Shown in pieces: positions 44,101 to 57,201 of a DNA stretch of 64,000 nt; within the stretch, counting starts at the first letter, position 1; the number at the start of each line of letters is the position of its first letter. The stretch lies in the NCBI GenBank assembly GCA_003693705.1, contig RBZT01000553.1, positions 17,858 to 81,857 on the forward strand. The letters are read 5' to 3'. The notes beneath the pieces were generated by a model, which was not told the DNA's origin, searched no databases, and worked only from the letters and a program-made list of their open reading frames with translations. Both the position numbers and the translations under genes were made by a program. Source of the DNA: Polymyxa betae A26-41 (lineage: Eukaryota > Protista > Endomyxa: Phytomyxea).

Positions 44101-45774
44101 CATTGAATCTGGCCCAAATCTTCACTAATCGAGGTGTTATTGGCCCTGGCAGGTTGCAAAGGTTCGCTACGTTTTGACTATTTCAGCAATTAGAATCTAG
44201 GCGAGACCCCTTGAATCAAATTACCGCGTTTTCTTCATCCTGTTCGAAAAACCGCCGATCCCAACCAATAAATTTGGCATAGTACAGTTTACAGACATCC
44301 AACGTGACCTGAGAATAGGATAAGGAACATTGACGGTCACTGCTGGGAAATCGACCTTCAGGGAAATCGGAATAATGGTGCTGTTGAGCAGAAGGAATCG
44401 TAACGGAATGATACTCCATCGCAGAGCAGATGGGACACCATCGCTATAGTCATAACCCAAATAAGGGTGTTTTTTGCCAACAACATGTTCCCAAATGTTT
44501 CCAACTATCCCAAAAACCACCTGCGCAATGGGGTTAGAATCGTAGCGTTCATTAAACCGCAGAATAATCATTCTGTTTTCATACCACAAGCGCGAGCTGT
44601 AGACCGAACAAAGCGATTGCAATCTGGTTGACGAAGGTGTCCATTTTGGTCCATTTAACATTGACAGCACCTTCAAAACGCTAAGCCACCAATGCGATTT
44701 GCAGCGACGGTAACGACCTCTGTTTAATGCAAACTTCGTTTCAAAACCAGTATAGACAGCGGCACCGTACACAAAATCAGTATTACGAACAGTTGTTGTC
44801 TATAGCATTGATTAAGGATACATCACGCAGGACCAGTACAAAAATAGAAATTTCCAACCTGCTGAATAAACTGATCTCCTGATACTGAGGAATCGTCGAT
44901 ACGAGAATCGAAGCGATAAACTGAAGAATCAGGAGGTGAACAATAAATCACGCCACTGAAGTTCTCGATTTGTGCAACGGTCAGACTCTGTTGGAACACT
45001 TAAGTCACAAGATCACGTCCCCGGTTAATAGACAGAACCTGGATGGACGAGACAGCAACTCGATTCTTGAGATTGGTTTCTCCATCAAGATTCATCGTTT
45101 GTAATGTACAGGAGCCATCCGGGGATGAACTCGCCAATATACACAGATCGCATGGAACCTGCAGGCCTATTGATAAAGTCCAACCAAATCAGACGAAAAG
45201 GCATTACTTGTTCACCATCGGTTAGCTTAACGATGTCGCCCACCCGGATATCTCGAGACTTGATTTGGGTCAGAGCTCCATTTCTTACCACCTACGAGCA
45301 GTAAATGATCAGCAAATTTCTTCTACGTATGGCAAAACTGATAGGATCTTTGGTTGGCAAAAATCGTAAACGGACTTTGTAGAGTTTCTCGTTGGCTTCC
45401 TTATCTTGTTTAGCTCGGCCGATATCATCAAGCGCTTCCTTTGCAGCGCTGACAGCAAAAACGAAAATTAACGGCGCCCATGTTGTCACTAATGAAAATC
45501 AGAATTGAATGCGGGAGAGACAAAGCTGACAACCAGGGCTGACTGGAGTAATCATCGACCAAAGCTGAAGTATAGCAATGATCAGGAAATAACGGTTGAT
45601 ATGCCGGCTAAACTGTTCCCAAAGATTCTTTGGCAAAAACGTCAGCACAGTATATTTCGTCGTCCTGAGCTCATTATCCGGGAACTGGGCATTGAGCTCC
45701 GGCTGCGAGCAATGCACAACGCGTTCTTTGAACGCGCCTGGAATCAGAACCCGAGTCGGCAACGTGGATGTCAT
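41153..45774 (-). CDS. P4-ATPase phospholipid flippase, ALA2-like (multi-exon)
   Basis: [89 protein letters not shown]. Confidence 0.93.
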
Positions 45775-46099
45775 TTCACCAAACCAGGACGCGTGTCCTA
45801 TGCAACCAAATCTATCAGCATGGCTGATGACAATAAAAAGAGATATAACATCGCAAAATGGTCTTACAAGGATGTAACGATACCGACGCGGCCTCTCCTT
45901 GCCGGTCGAAACTCTAAAGGCAGATGCTGATAACGACAGAGAAGCCGATTTGCAGCACCAGTTCTCTATTCGCCAAAGATATTCGTCTAGCAGGAGATCG
46001 GATCTCGTACGGATGTTTACGCAGGTTGCCGCATCACGCGCCGCCGCAAATACGCCCGTTGAGTCATCTTGCCTGTAGAATGTAGATGTGATTCACTGT

Positions 46100-46950
46100 C
46101 GCCTGGGCCCATGGCCACATGCAGAAATGTAGAAACCCATTCTGGAACGTCTTGGCTTTTTCCACGGATTGTATGCTCAAGTTGAAGTTATATTAGGCAC
46201 GTACTGCTGTTGCAATGCAAATCTCTTGATGGATTGTTGACGGCAGACAGCGCTTCAGCTTTCATGTACAGTTAACTGCAGCTGACAGCACACGGCAGCG
46301 AATAAACCGTTCAGTGATCTCTCTAAGTGTAGACGCTGGGCTTTGCTACATCGATGATGTGATCAATCGCCATGAGAGTAGTTTTGCCTGCGACGAGTTA
46401 CTCGGCGGCTTGGTAAACGGATTGTGATCGATACTGATTCAGCTGGAAATTTATCGTTATCATAAACCAGCTCATTTCTTCTTGGAAGTCCAGTAATTTA
46501 GCTGTCGATTTTTGATACGTTATAGTTATTAGCTGTCTTCGCCCCCCCCCCCCCCCACACTGGAAATATCGCCGATGGCTTAAGTGGTGCTGTGTTGGCG
46601 ATAGAGGAGCAGCTCAGTGAATCTCTGGCCAGGATTATAGACGTACAGGCAAATTTCAGATTTCTCGATGATTTTATTATAAACAAATGCTGGTTCGGTA
46701 ACGGTTTGACAACTTCTGGATAACTATTTGCTTCAGTGAACCCCATTAGTCAAGAACAAGAAGTGACCTGGAAGCCAATGCTCATGACTGTTGAAAACCA
46801 AAACAGGAATTCTCGCAATGAGGATCTCTGCTTAAAGAGAAAGGGCAGACAACGTCTCTTTTGATTCTGATTATGCCGGTTCAAGTTTTATTACATTTCT
46901 CGCAATTGACATTCTTTTTTGTGAAGAATTGGGATTTGAAGACGACGGAT
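46100..46950 (-). pseudogene. Possible decayed hAT transposase with BED-finger-like start
   Basis: VNCEKCNK..GIIRIK near 46900 and RLPSRR near 46410, in stop-riddled frames. Confidence 0.3.
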
Positions 46951-47130
46951 GATCAGATATACACGCGACGTTAACCAGTTGCCTGGATGAGAAGCCTTGA
47001 CGGATATCAGGATTTACTGGGAAGGTGATGGCCACAATGCTGAAATAGCGCATTAGCCACAACAGGTTTGTTTAGCGGCGACCCGGATCTCGGAATCCAC
47101 AACTGGACAAATTCAAATATCTGTTCCGAA

Positions 47131-47660
47131 ATGAAGATCAAGCTAGTGCTCATGTTCCTGATTTGCCAAATATGCGAGATTAGAGGTCAAACGCCAGTCG
47201 CACCAGCAGCTGCACCTGCTCTCGGTCCATCTCCATGTATTGATGTTGCATGCTGAATATGGAGAAGAGTTGCTAACGCAGTTGCAGTTGCTGCTAGTTT
47301 CCTAGGAATGCTGCCGCCACCGCTTTGGACGTCAACACTAGGAGGGTATCCAGGGCCGGTCTGGAACCATTTCGGTGGTCAGTTGAGCTAATCAGCGAAA
47401 TTAAAAGTGTTCAGAATGATTCCAGGATCATACTTATTGCCACCACTAATACCGCCACAAATGGAAGGTTGGTATCCACGGGAACCTGGTTTCTTTCCTT
47501 GGTGATAAACGAATACAAGTCACCGAATTGGGCAGCATTACTGGCAACATTAGGCGGCACCACATACAATCTTTCTATTGTTTGTAGAAACAGCAAGAAG
47601 CTAAACGCTGAGGTGATGATATTTCAATTCGCCTTCAGAAAAAACGATGAAACTGTTTAA
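47131..47660 (+). CDS. Small putative secreted Pro/Ala-rich protein (exon structure uncertain)
   Basis: MKIKLVLMFLICQICEIRG looks like a signal peptide, followed by QTPVAPAAAPALGPSP; splice-like signals downstream. Confidence 0.45.
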
Positions 47661-49506
47661 ATCGCCTCTTGTCATCATTGGGATTATGCCTGACAAGCTT
47701 CAGATTGGGATTCAGAACACGTATACGGTCGTCGATGCGATCTGTTTGCAGCAAAAACCACGCACCTCCTAGAAATGGATTTGGGATGAGATTGAAATTC
47801 ACGAACTGACAATCCTGACCAATTTTTATCTCCAATAGCCCAGGAATATTCTTCGCAAGCACTGAAATCGATCTAAACCATTAATTAGAAAACTGATTAC
47901 GGGTGGTACAAAGACGATGAAGACATCATGCAATAAGAAAAATGTGACCAACTTGATAGAAAGCTTGATTAGAGAGCCAACATTCAAGAATTTCATAGGT
48001 AGAGAAAGATCTCCTAAGGATGCAAGCGAGTTATCATCAATATTTACACATTCCGAAATATCCAATGACATTAAGGAACGGAAGTGGCCCATTAAGACTT
48101 TGCACTGTTTCAGTGACCAGTAGCAATGCTGAAAATGGCCTCACCCGAAAGATACGGTCGCTTCGGGATTAAGCGACAATTATGCATATATAGCGATTTC
48201 AGTTCATGATGGGCAACGAATCCGTTTTCATCGATAAATGAATCGGAAATATCTATGCCATGCATAAGCATAATAGTTAGACCGAAAGAGAACGATCGAT
48301 ACCCAAAGTTTGTAGAACCTTGCAAGAGGTTAACAATCGCCGTAGGTGTGAGGAGCCAAACTGTTTCCCAGCTCCACGAACGTTCAGATACTGTAAGTGT
48401 TGAAAACGTTGAGAAATGAAGAGAACAGAACTGGCGTTGCTCCGAACATTGCTGATGTCAAGATAACGAAGATCTCGTAGCGAACTTAGCTGATTCTGTT
48501 CGACATCGGTATTACTTAAATCAACAAATTCGACCCTATTTGATGACGGAAGTCCATTTATCAAATCTGGGCCAAAATAACTGCCACCAGCGTCGATCAA
48601 ACGTAACGATGGAGCGCTGGTAAGACGGCCAGGCGATGAAGCAGAGGAACGACGATTTGCTTGATCAACGCGAAGGGAAACCAGAGATGGCAATTTTAGA
48701 AGATCGAAAACACCAGTATCAAATGTGCAACCAGTTAGATCAAGGTGAGCAACACCAGTAAAACGGGGCAGGTACAAGCTAAGCGTAATGCGAACACAGC
48801 CAGCCAACGATAGCCTCCGGATACTGGAAATCCCAGTCCCAATAAATGTGCATAAACGATCGATGACGAAATCGTTGTCGAAGGATTGCGAAACCGTTAG
48901 CGACTTGAACTTCGTTGCAGACAGTACTCTGGAAGTGGGTGGCAGCAGGATATCACGAAAGGCTTTGCAAACAAGGGGGAACACGAAAACGACTTCGGAA
49001 AGGTCGAAATATGACAGAGCGTCGGGTGTGAATACAACCGGGATGACATCAAGAAAATGACGTTGCGGAGAATAAACCGTTGGAGCTGCATGAATTCGCC
49101 GACGACGAGGATGGCGGCATTTGTAATTCCGAGTACAGATGAAGCAGAGCAGCTGAAAATTAGTTCGCTCGAGCTGTCGTGTTGTTCGCGGAAAGGCAGC
49201 CAATAGCCCGCACGATTGACAGACCGACGGCGGACCACAGTTCGCCCGATACTCCAAGCAGCGCCGACAAATCGACGCTCCAGCAAACGCAGCATTTAAG
49301 CAACAAAATTGGCATGGACGAGCAGGCCCTAATTTCAAATTTGAATAACATGCTGGACAGATATCATTGCCTGGCGATGCGGAATACAAATGCGTTTGGC
49401 AATGCTGGCATGTGACGCGAACCGGCCTGCAACGACATCTTTGACAGATGCTGCTCTCAGATGGCTCCGAGCAGGTCAAGCACAGCCTGATTGGCGCCGA
49501 TGCCAT
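47635..49506 (-). CDS. FAM76-like Cys-rich domain + F-box-like + leucine-rich repeat protein
   Basis: N-terminal CxxC array aligns with FAM76; LSYFDLSEV..PLVCKAFR is F-box-like; LRRs such as IRRLSLAGC, VAHLDLTGC, LRYLDISN and LMSLDISEC. Confidence 0.8.
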
Positions 49507-49625
49507 TTAAGAATGGAGACAGAAGACCAAGAAGGGAGACGTCAGCAGGCAGCAGGGGAGGGTCGCTGACTCCGAGTTCCGTAGTTACACGGCAGTCATG
49601 GATGTTACGTTACCGATGGCTGGCG

Positions 49626-49806
49626 ACTGTGTTTGGGCTCATTGGGTGGAACCTTGCAGTGCTGCTTCTGCTGCTGTATTTGGGCACATGGGGCGAATCC
49701 TTGGAGTGCTGACACTGCCGCTGTATTTGGGGCCATAGGGTGGAACCTTGGAGTGCTGATTCTTCCGCTGTATTTGGGGCCATGGGGTGAAACCTGAGAG
49801 TCCTGG
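49626..49806. repeat. 47-bp minisatellite, 4 copies, in divergent promoter
   Basis: Unit GCTGTATTTGGGGCCATxGGGTGGAACCTTGGAGTGCTGAxxCTxCC. Confidence 0.9.
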
Positions 49807-49872
49807 GTGTGACTCTATAGCAGTTTGATCACTATTGGTACGTTCTTGGTTCTATAGTCGGGCTGGCCGTTC

Positions 49873-51886
49873 ATGAACCAGCCAGGGTCGGAAGACGAGC
49901 TGGCGGCTGCTGAGGGCGGATTAAGATCAGAGGCTCCAGGCAGCCTTGCTAAACACGGTACTGAGAATGGTAGTGCCCTTTAACGTATTTCTGAAATCAT
50001 GCCAGCGACAATTTGGACTACAAAACAGGAAGGAGATAGCGAGCATTTCCAACTGATTGATAATGGACCTGGCTGCTTGTCTTGTAGGGTAGGGAATATG
50101 AATACCACCTCTCGCCTCCCTTACAATTAAACAGGTGTTTTCGAATGGTACGCCGGTTGATGTCAAATACAATGGCGAATGCTTGGACTGGAGACGATCT
50201 GGAAAAGGATGTTTGACCACTAACCTGCCATCGGAGTATGATGGCGAATGGGTTCATGGAAGACGCCATGGTTGTGGTATCCAGAAATACCCGAGTGCCA
50301 ATGTCTATGAAGGGCAATGGCTACACGATATGAAGTCGGGCATTGGCATCATGAAATGGATAGACCAACAACAGGTAGTCTAATGTATTACTACGATGTT
50401 GCTATCTAATTGGCATCCAAATACTTTCAGGTGTATGAAGGCGAATGGCAGTATGATATGCCAGATGGACTTGGAACTCAGGTTTGGTTCCATTCATGCC
50501 CAGGTTCTGATTAGCCAGTAGAAAATTAGCGATACTAAACTTGCTCAGGAATCGATCTGCGTACAATCAAATCACTCGCAGAGTTGCAGGGCCGTCTCCA
50601 TCTCTGCAATCGCTACCAGGGAGAGTTCAAGAATGGCCAACGTCAAGGTATAGAGTTTTGTTGGCTTTCCATGTTTTTCAGATTGGTTTAGGCCAGGGCG
50701 TTTTCTTTTATAGCAACGGAGCAGTTTACAAAGGCGGGTGGGCTCATAATCTGAAACATGGACCTGGGACATTCACCCATATCAACGGTCGAGTTATGAC
50801 CGGCGTCTGGGACAACGATATTCTTCGCTCGGATGTTGAACCTAAACACGACGTCGTTGATAAACACCCAACTTCATCACTCGACTTCTACGTTCAGTGC
50901 GAAGATTTGTTGCCAGTGCTGACGATGTCATCAACATTCTCTAATTCTGAAATGATCTCGAAGATTCTGTTACGTTATAATGGTATTTGGGTATCGTTTT
51001 ACTGCACGCTGCTTAGAAGTTACATAGACGATTTACGCCGAATATTTGAATTCTATGGTTTTGACGAGAAGCAAGCTGTGCCGCGCCTGAAATTGAGCAG
51101 TGTTTGGATCTGGTTTCGGGACTGCAATTTGCGATCAGGATGCCTATCGCGCGCTCAAATCGATGCCATGGCTCCAAATCGAGAGGTGACAGTACAAGTT
51201 TGAAACGAATTCTGCCTCATGACTGTTTAGCAAACGGAGTCACTACCAGCTCATGATGGAAATCGTATCATCTTTTTCCGAGAATGTCACGAGCTGCTAG
51301 TGCGAGTAAGCGCGACCGTATATGCTGAGCTTGCAGCCGACCGTCTATCCGACGCTTTAAATGCTCTCTTTCAGGAAATAATTCTACCTAGGTAAGCCAT
51401 CTTGTCATTGCTAAAAGTTTCAACCAAATTCTTTTAGGTTTAAGATATGTTCAGATTCGATCGCAAGCAATCGTGTTCGCAGCAGTCTAGATGTGATGGC
51501 TCGGATGGCTCCATTCGAAGGACCGCTACGCTCTGTTTTCGATCAGTTCAAAAATCACGCCACATCGACAATGCCATCCAGAACCTTGTTTCGTCTTTTG
51601 CAGAAAAACAATATTCCCTCAGATACCATTCTGACTTCGTTCAATGACACATATCGATGCGATTTGACGGATAATAACGAACTAGCTATAAAACCCGTTG
51701 AATTGGCCGCAGATGAGGTAAATATCCTACAATTTGCAGTATCGCCCTTACTTAGAATTCGATGAGATACTTCATGAGGAAATGGTGGAGATTGTAGGAC
51801 GATCAATAATGTCATTTCTACTTTTGACAAATACCGAGGCGGATCTTTCAATCTGGATACAGACATTCTGTAACGAGAATATGTAA
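49873..51886 (+). CDS. MORN-repeat protein, radial spoke head 10B-like
   Basis: Many MORN repeats (YDGEWVHGRRHGCG, YEGQWLHDMKSGIG, NRYQGEFKNGQRQG, YKGGWAHNLKHGPG), followed by an RSPH10B-like helical region (LRRIFEFY, IFFRECHELLVRV). Confidence 0.75.
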
Positions 51887-52259
51887 CCTTGTCAGACATC
51901 TTGCAACTCTCTGATCTATCGACTCATTCCGCCGATCGAAACGAGTTCTCTTTACCAAAATAACTTCTGCGTTCATAAATCCGAATAGAAATACAGAGCA
52001 GCGTTGATCCGTTGCTTTCTATGCTTATAAAAATTGCACAGTTTTTATCAAAACCATCTACCCATCCCTATAGTTGAAATCGAATTAAAATAGTTCATAA
52101 GCGAATGAGTTATCTGTCGCTTAATATTGAGAGGTCCGATTTTCGTAGCCTCCTTCGACCGATTCAGACGATATTCCGATTTGGCTCAGTAATGACGGTT
52201 TTAGAGCTGTTCCCTGGGCGAGTTTAGGTTGATAGGCGCCTTTTCAAACCACACTTTCA

Positions 52260-52332
52260 GGTTAGGTTCATACCAGACNNNGCTTAGTACTGGCGTGGGG
52301 GACCAGCTGGGAACCGCATGGTGATGTAACCT
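52260..52332 (+). rRNA. 5S rRNA gene, middle replaced by assembly gap (NNN)
   Basis: 5' GGTTAGGTTCATACC and 3' GCTTAGTACTGGCGTGGGGGACCAGCTGGGAA..GTGATGTAACC match eukaryotic 5S ends; ends base-pair (helix I); TTTT terminator follows. Confidence 0.82.
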
Positions 52333-52486
52333 TTTGGATTTTTTGGCTCACAAATTCGTTCGTTTTCGACATTCCAAAGTGCCCCGCAAGTAGAATCATG
52401 TCGTGTTTGCAAGGTTTTAGATTTGAAGGCGTTGAATGTGGTCAGAAACATACACTCGATTTTCGAAGAGTTTGCCTTTCTGAAAT

Positions 52487-55230
52487 TTAAGATTTAACGG
52501 CCAATTTCGGAAAGAAGTTGTACGGCTTCACGTCCAATCGTAATATCAATGATGAAGATCGTTGATTATAACACAGGACGCGAGCGGAAGTATGTTGAAA
52601 ATCGATCGAAGAAATGGCCTGCCCGCGTAGCATTCTAGATGTGGAGACCCGGATGGCTCCATTCGAAAGACTCTCGCGCTCTGCTTTGGATAATTTTTCA
52701 GACCGCGTCACTTCAGCGATATCATGCAAAACAGTGTTCCGTCTTTTCTGAAGAAAAGCATCTTGTCAGATGCCGTAAGTTGCTCAACAACAGCGATCTA
52801 ACCGAATTAACGACCCTGCTATAAACCAGTTGATTTGGCCATAGATGCCATAAGGTCATGGCGTAAATGTCGATAAGACTGTTAATCCGAAATGGTGGAC
52901 ATTATGAGGCAGTCTAAAGATGTCAAGCGAAGCGGACCTTCCCCTTTTGATGCAAATAGACTGCAGCACGATTGTACAAGAAACTCTCGGCGTCTGTTCG
53001 GCTTCCTGATCCAAGATTGAAACGATTTCATCTCGCCAATAACTTTAATTCTCTTTGAACCAAACGCTAAACGTACTCGATCCAGAGTACATCAACTCCA
53101 TCTGTCCACTTGTCCTGTCGCATCAGCGGCGATTTCGTATGACCAGTAGTTACAATGAGAAGGCAGAAGTTGCTGTTAGAACCATTTACTTGTAGACAGA
53201 TGGTCTCGGAGCGCTTGATGTTTGTCGAACAATTTCTAATCTGAGCAGATCTTGTGGCATATTGGTCAACATGGCTAGCATTTCACGATTTACGGCGTTG
53301 TTCACGAGATTCGTTCTTGTCGTGTAATCAAGACTCGCAAATACCGCCAATGGGCACGTCAGCAATGATTCCAACGCAACTGGCGATATTCCACATTTCG
53401 CTGTTCCTTTGCTATCGCTAATCTCGAGGATCACTCGCTCATGCCATCTATGAGAGAAGCTCTCTGGCAACTCTACCTATACATGAGATTAGCGTTAAAC
53501 AGCCAACAAGTGCATGATCAGACCTGTGCGATCGATATTCTGCAAATAAACATACTATACAGGATCCGCGGTCGATTCGGAAGCAATACGAGCCGGTATA
53601 GATTCGGTGAAGCCAACAGACCCAACGCATACGATAGATTATAAACATGTGATGTCGAGATCGCTATTAGTACATTTTCCTTATCGGAAGATTGCAATCG
53701 ATACAGGAACAGTGTTTGTCCTGAAGCCATGATGAGATTCGCTACAATTTCATAGACGCTTTCGAGACCTTGCTCCCATGTCTGTGATTGTACGAAATCT
53801 AATCGAATGGCCAGAGCAGCTCGTGAGGCGTCAGTTACGTAGCATAGCTGCCTTTGCCTATCGATCTGTATATCGGCATCAATGAAACGATCGTCAATTC
53901 TGCAATGGACTACATCCATGATAATGGCCGTCAGGGAGACGTTGACAACAGGCCGCTTGACGTCCAGCACCGATTTGATTGTAGGCCGCTGCCCATCGAA
54001 GTCATGGGCGTCGAATAGATCCGGATCCGAATCGAATTGCGAAGCTTGCGTCAGGTTGACCTGATACAAAATTACTAACGACGAAGGCGGGAAAGCGTTT
54101 TGTTTCTACTTGCGATAAGGCGTCGTTGAACTGGGAGGAGACGCTTGGGACGTCATCTCGACAATCGAGTTTCAGTTTCAGCGCTTCAATATCGACCTCA
54201 TTCACAACCTATGGTTCAGATGATGAATTATGAGAAAGGGGAAATATTGCAGCCCGAACCCGAACGATCGTATCATATCGGGTAATCACGATCTGTGCCG
54301 AATGCTGTGATTGTAAGAGAGACGCGTGTTCCCCGTTCAGCTCGCGGTCGAAATTCTCGATGACGACGACCTCGCCGGCGAAAACCAGCCGCGCCATACC
54401 AGCATCTTGGGCGAACGAGAACCAATGGATCTCGTTATCCGTATTTAATCCCTACGATAACAAATCAGCCGGTTTCGTAGAGAAAATCGAACAGAAAGAC
54501 TGAAGAAAATGTAAACAATCGAAAAATATTTGAAAATGACCTGTAGTGTGATACAGGTTCCCTGAAGATCAGCAGATTTGATATCACGTCGCCTGCTGAT
54601 ACGACCAACAACATGGCCATCTCTCCGCAAGATCTCATTCAGCGAATTCGCAGCGATTTCTTCCACGATCTGTTCTAACAAGGTCCAGAAATCAGGTCAC
54701 CGAGCCGTTGAGCAGAGAACGATCCGCTGACCGGTTGGCAGGATGCGATTCGCTGCGAGACGAACTCCGCCAAGGCGGAGCGTCGTCGTCTTCCATTGCA
54801 GAGCCCATTGAGCGTATCGGCGATGGATAAAGGCGGCCCTGGTTGTGATCTCGTCGATATCAGAGACGGTGGCGACCAAGGTCGGCGACGATGGCAGCAA
54901 CGGCTGGACGTTCAGGACCCGAACCCGGCAGCGATAGTCGTGCGACGATTCGTTGACGTTGCTGAGCGGCTGCCAGCGAGTCGATTGGATGGCGTCGACG
55001 ATGCTGTGAGCTTCCGCGCGTAGAATCGCCAGCGTAATCCCGGTCGTCGAATATCGCCTTATTAGGCCTAATACAAGATTCCAGGCAGCCGCCCAAGCAC
55101 TGATATTGGCTCCCTATAGAGAAGGTGAGGGTCCTGCGATCGAGGTCGTCATTGGAGCTCGAACGCTGGGGAAGATCTGCCCGATGAGTTCGTTCAAGTG
55201 CTGGCGCACGTCGGCTGACTGGATGGTCAT
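52487..55230 (-). CDS. Hypothetical multi-exon protein
   Basis: Chain of minus-strand open frames with splice signals; a weak F-box-like stretch (LTNMPQDLLRLEI) near 53250; start not resolved. Confidence 0.45.
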
Positions 55231-56618
55231 GGCGGCGGCGACGACTTGTGTCAGGAGAATGTCGTCGCCGACCAGGTTGAAGGAGGCGGATTTCGATTCT
55301 GCGCGCCAATTCTCATATCAGTATGAACCTTCATAGAGGAGATAGATACAGAGTGCGTTATATGAGGGATAGAGAGAGAGAGATTGAATCATATAGGGAG
55401 AAATCGTATGGGTGAGACGACGGCGACCTGATGGTTGATTTTGAAAAGGCAGCCTGCTTTCCATCCATGTTTGTTTTGATTTCTAGTTTTTTCATGAGAC
55501 GCGGCTCTGTCGAGAGCTGATTCTTGGATGAACTTACGAGCGATAGTTCTGTTTGTACCGAGCGTCTACAAGATGCCAGTCCAAATCTGATCGAAATCAG
55601 GCTTGGGATCCATTCCTTCCAAGAGTATCATTATCTTTAACATCGCTAAAGTAAGGCCATTGTACGTATTGAAAGCGAGCTCAAATACAAATCTGCATGT
55701 TAAATGGGTAGATGATGTAGATATTGATGTGAAATAGTTAATTAGATTGAATTTATAGGCTGAGTCAACTTTATGTAATTCGGTCATCCATCATGCTGCG
55801 CGTGCATGATCTAAGATATTAAACACACTGAAATATTTGTTCCTTTGTCTACGTCTCTGAGTTCTTGTCTCTCCCATTGAGTTTGTAAGAAATCTCTGTC
55901 CTTAGTTTAGTACTTCGTAATTTAGTTAAATGTAGATTTATAGATTATGACAGAACTTCCACCGGCAGCATTTCCATGCACTATTTCTACTTTTTCAGTT
56001 ATAAAGATTCCGAACATACCGGCTTGACGTCCAGCGCACAGACAGGTAAACGCCGCCCGAATGTTGCTGATTGTGTTGGTATCGGGGAATGAGTAGCACA
56101 GTAACTGTCGAATATCTGGACAGCGATCCCTGTCCTTGTCTCTACGACAGAGATGGCCTCTCACATTGCTTTTTGTCGTTCCGCGTTCATCAGGCTATTT
56201 TCGCCACATGGTCATGCATAGACATGGTACCGTACATAGATTTTCGGCACATTAATTTCCAGGCACAGTTTCAAGGCTGCGTTTATAGATGGATTCTGTA
56301 GACGATTTTCGCAACCTGATTTACACAGTTCATACAGTATACATAGATAACCGTCACAGTTATTTATTATATTTCCAATCCCAGATTTGTTACTTCGCAG
56401 GCAGCCTTATTCACAGAGCACAGATCTTCAGTCAAAGGGTATGGATGAAGGATCCTCTACCATTTTATTGTAAAAATTCGCTTAATGTTGGCGGTTTGAC
56501 GCCAAAGAAGTCGCTTATTTGACTGCCTTCATTATCAACAAATGCAAACATCATTTTAATGCGCCCGAAGGTCCATTCGACGCTTGTTCGGACGGCGCTC
56601 ATTCATGAGTTGAATGCC

Positions 56619-56694
56619 AGTTGAATACCATAATCCAAAAATGACAAACCCTAACCCAAAAATGACACATTGTTTTGGGTTATGGCATTCAACT
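56619..56694. mobile_element. 76-bp inverted-repeat insertion, AGT...ACT ends, 6-bp TSD AATGCC
   Basis: 22-bp TIRs with 2 mismatches; AATGCC at 56613-56618 and 56695-56700; removal restores KEQAFN of the Harbinger ORF. Confidence 0.75.
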
Positions 56695-56886
56695 AATGCC
56701 TGCTCTTTCTTATAATACAATGTACGACTTAATCTCTTGAAGCATTTATTGATGGTTGCTTACCAAAGTTAGCTCAGCTCCTTTGAAAGGACTGCAGATA
56801 AATCTGCTCACTCCATAGGCAGGATCGCCATAGATCAGATACCCGTTGGCAGCAGGCACTGTTCGAGTCTCTGCAGAATCTGGGAT

Positions 56887-57201
56887 TGTATCGGTTTGGG
56901 AACCAACTAAGCAATCTAAGCGCTTAGATTGATTAGTTGGTTCCCAAACAGATACAAAAATGTGTTCCGGCTCCTTTCGAGTCGTTCCTCAACATTCCCG
57001 AGGGCATCCTCATATCCCCAGTAGCTAAGCGCTTCGTAGTGGAATCCCGAAACCCCTCAAAAATCCTCAATCATCAGCGTGACTCGAACCCCGGACCTCC
57101 GGAGACGAACACATTTTTGTATCGGTTTGGGAACCAACTAAGCAATCTAAGCTAAGCAATCTAAGCGCTTAGATTGCTTAGTTGGTTCCCAAACAGATAC
57201 A
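56887..57201. mobile_element. 315-bp non-autonomous element with palindromic termini, TGT...ACA ends, 4-bp TSD GGAT
   Basis: GGAT at 56883-56886 and 57202-57205; removal restores RES-QILQRL of the Harbinger ORF. Confidence 0.9.

Noticed and set aside
49626-49806. Possible CRISPR-like array
   Set aside because: Units are contiguous tandem copies without unique spacers, there are no cas genes, and the context is eukaryotic.
55566-56500. Possible second (Myb/SANT) ORF of the Harbinger element
   Set aside because: Position fits, but no convincing motif could be read.
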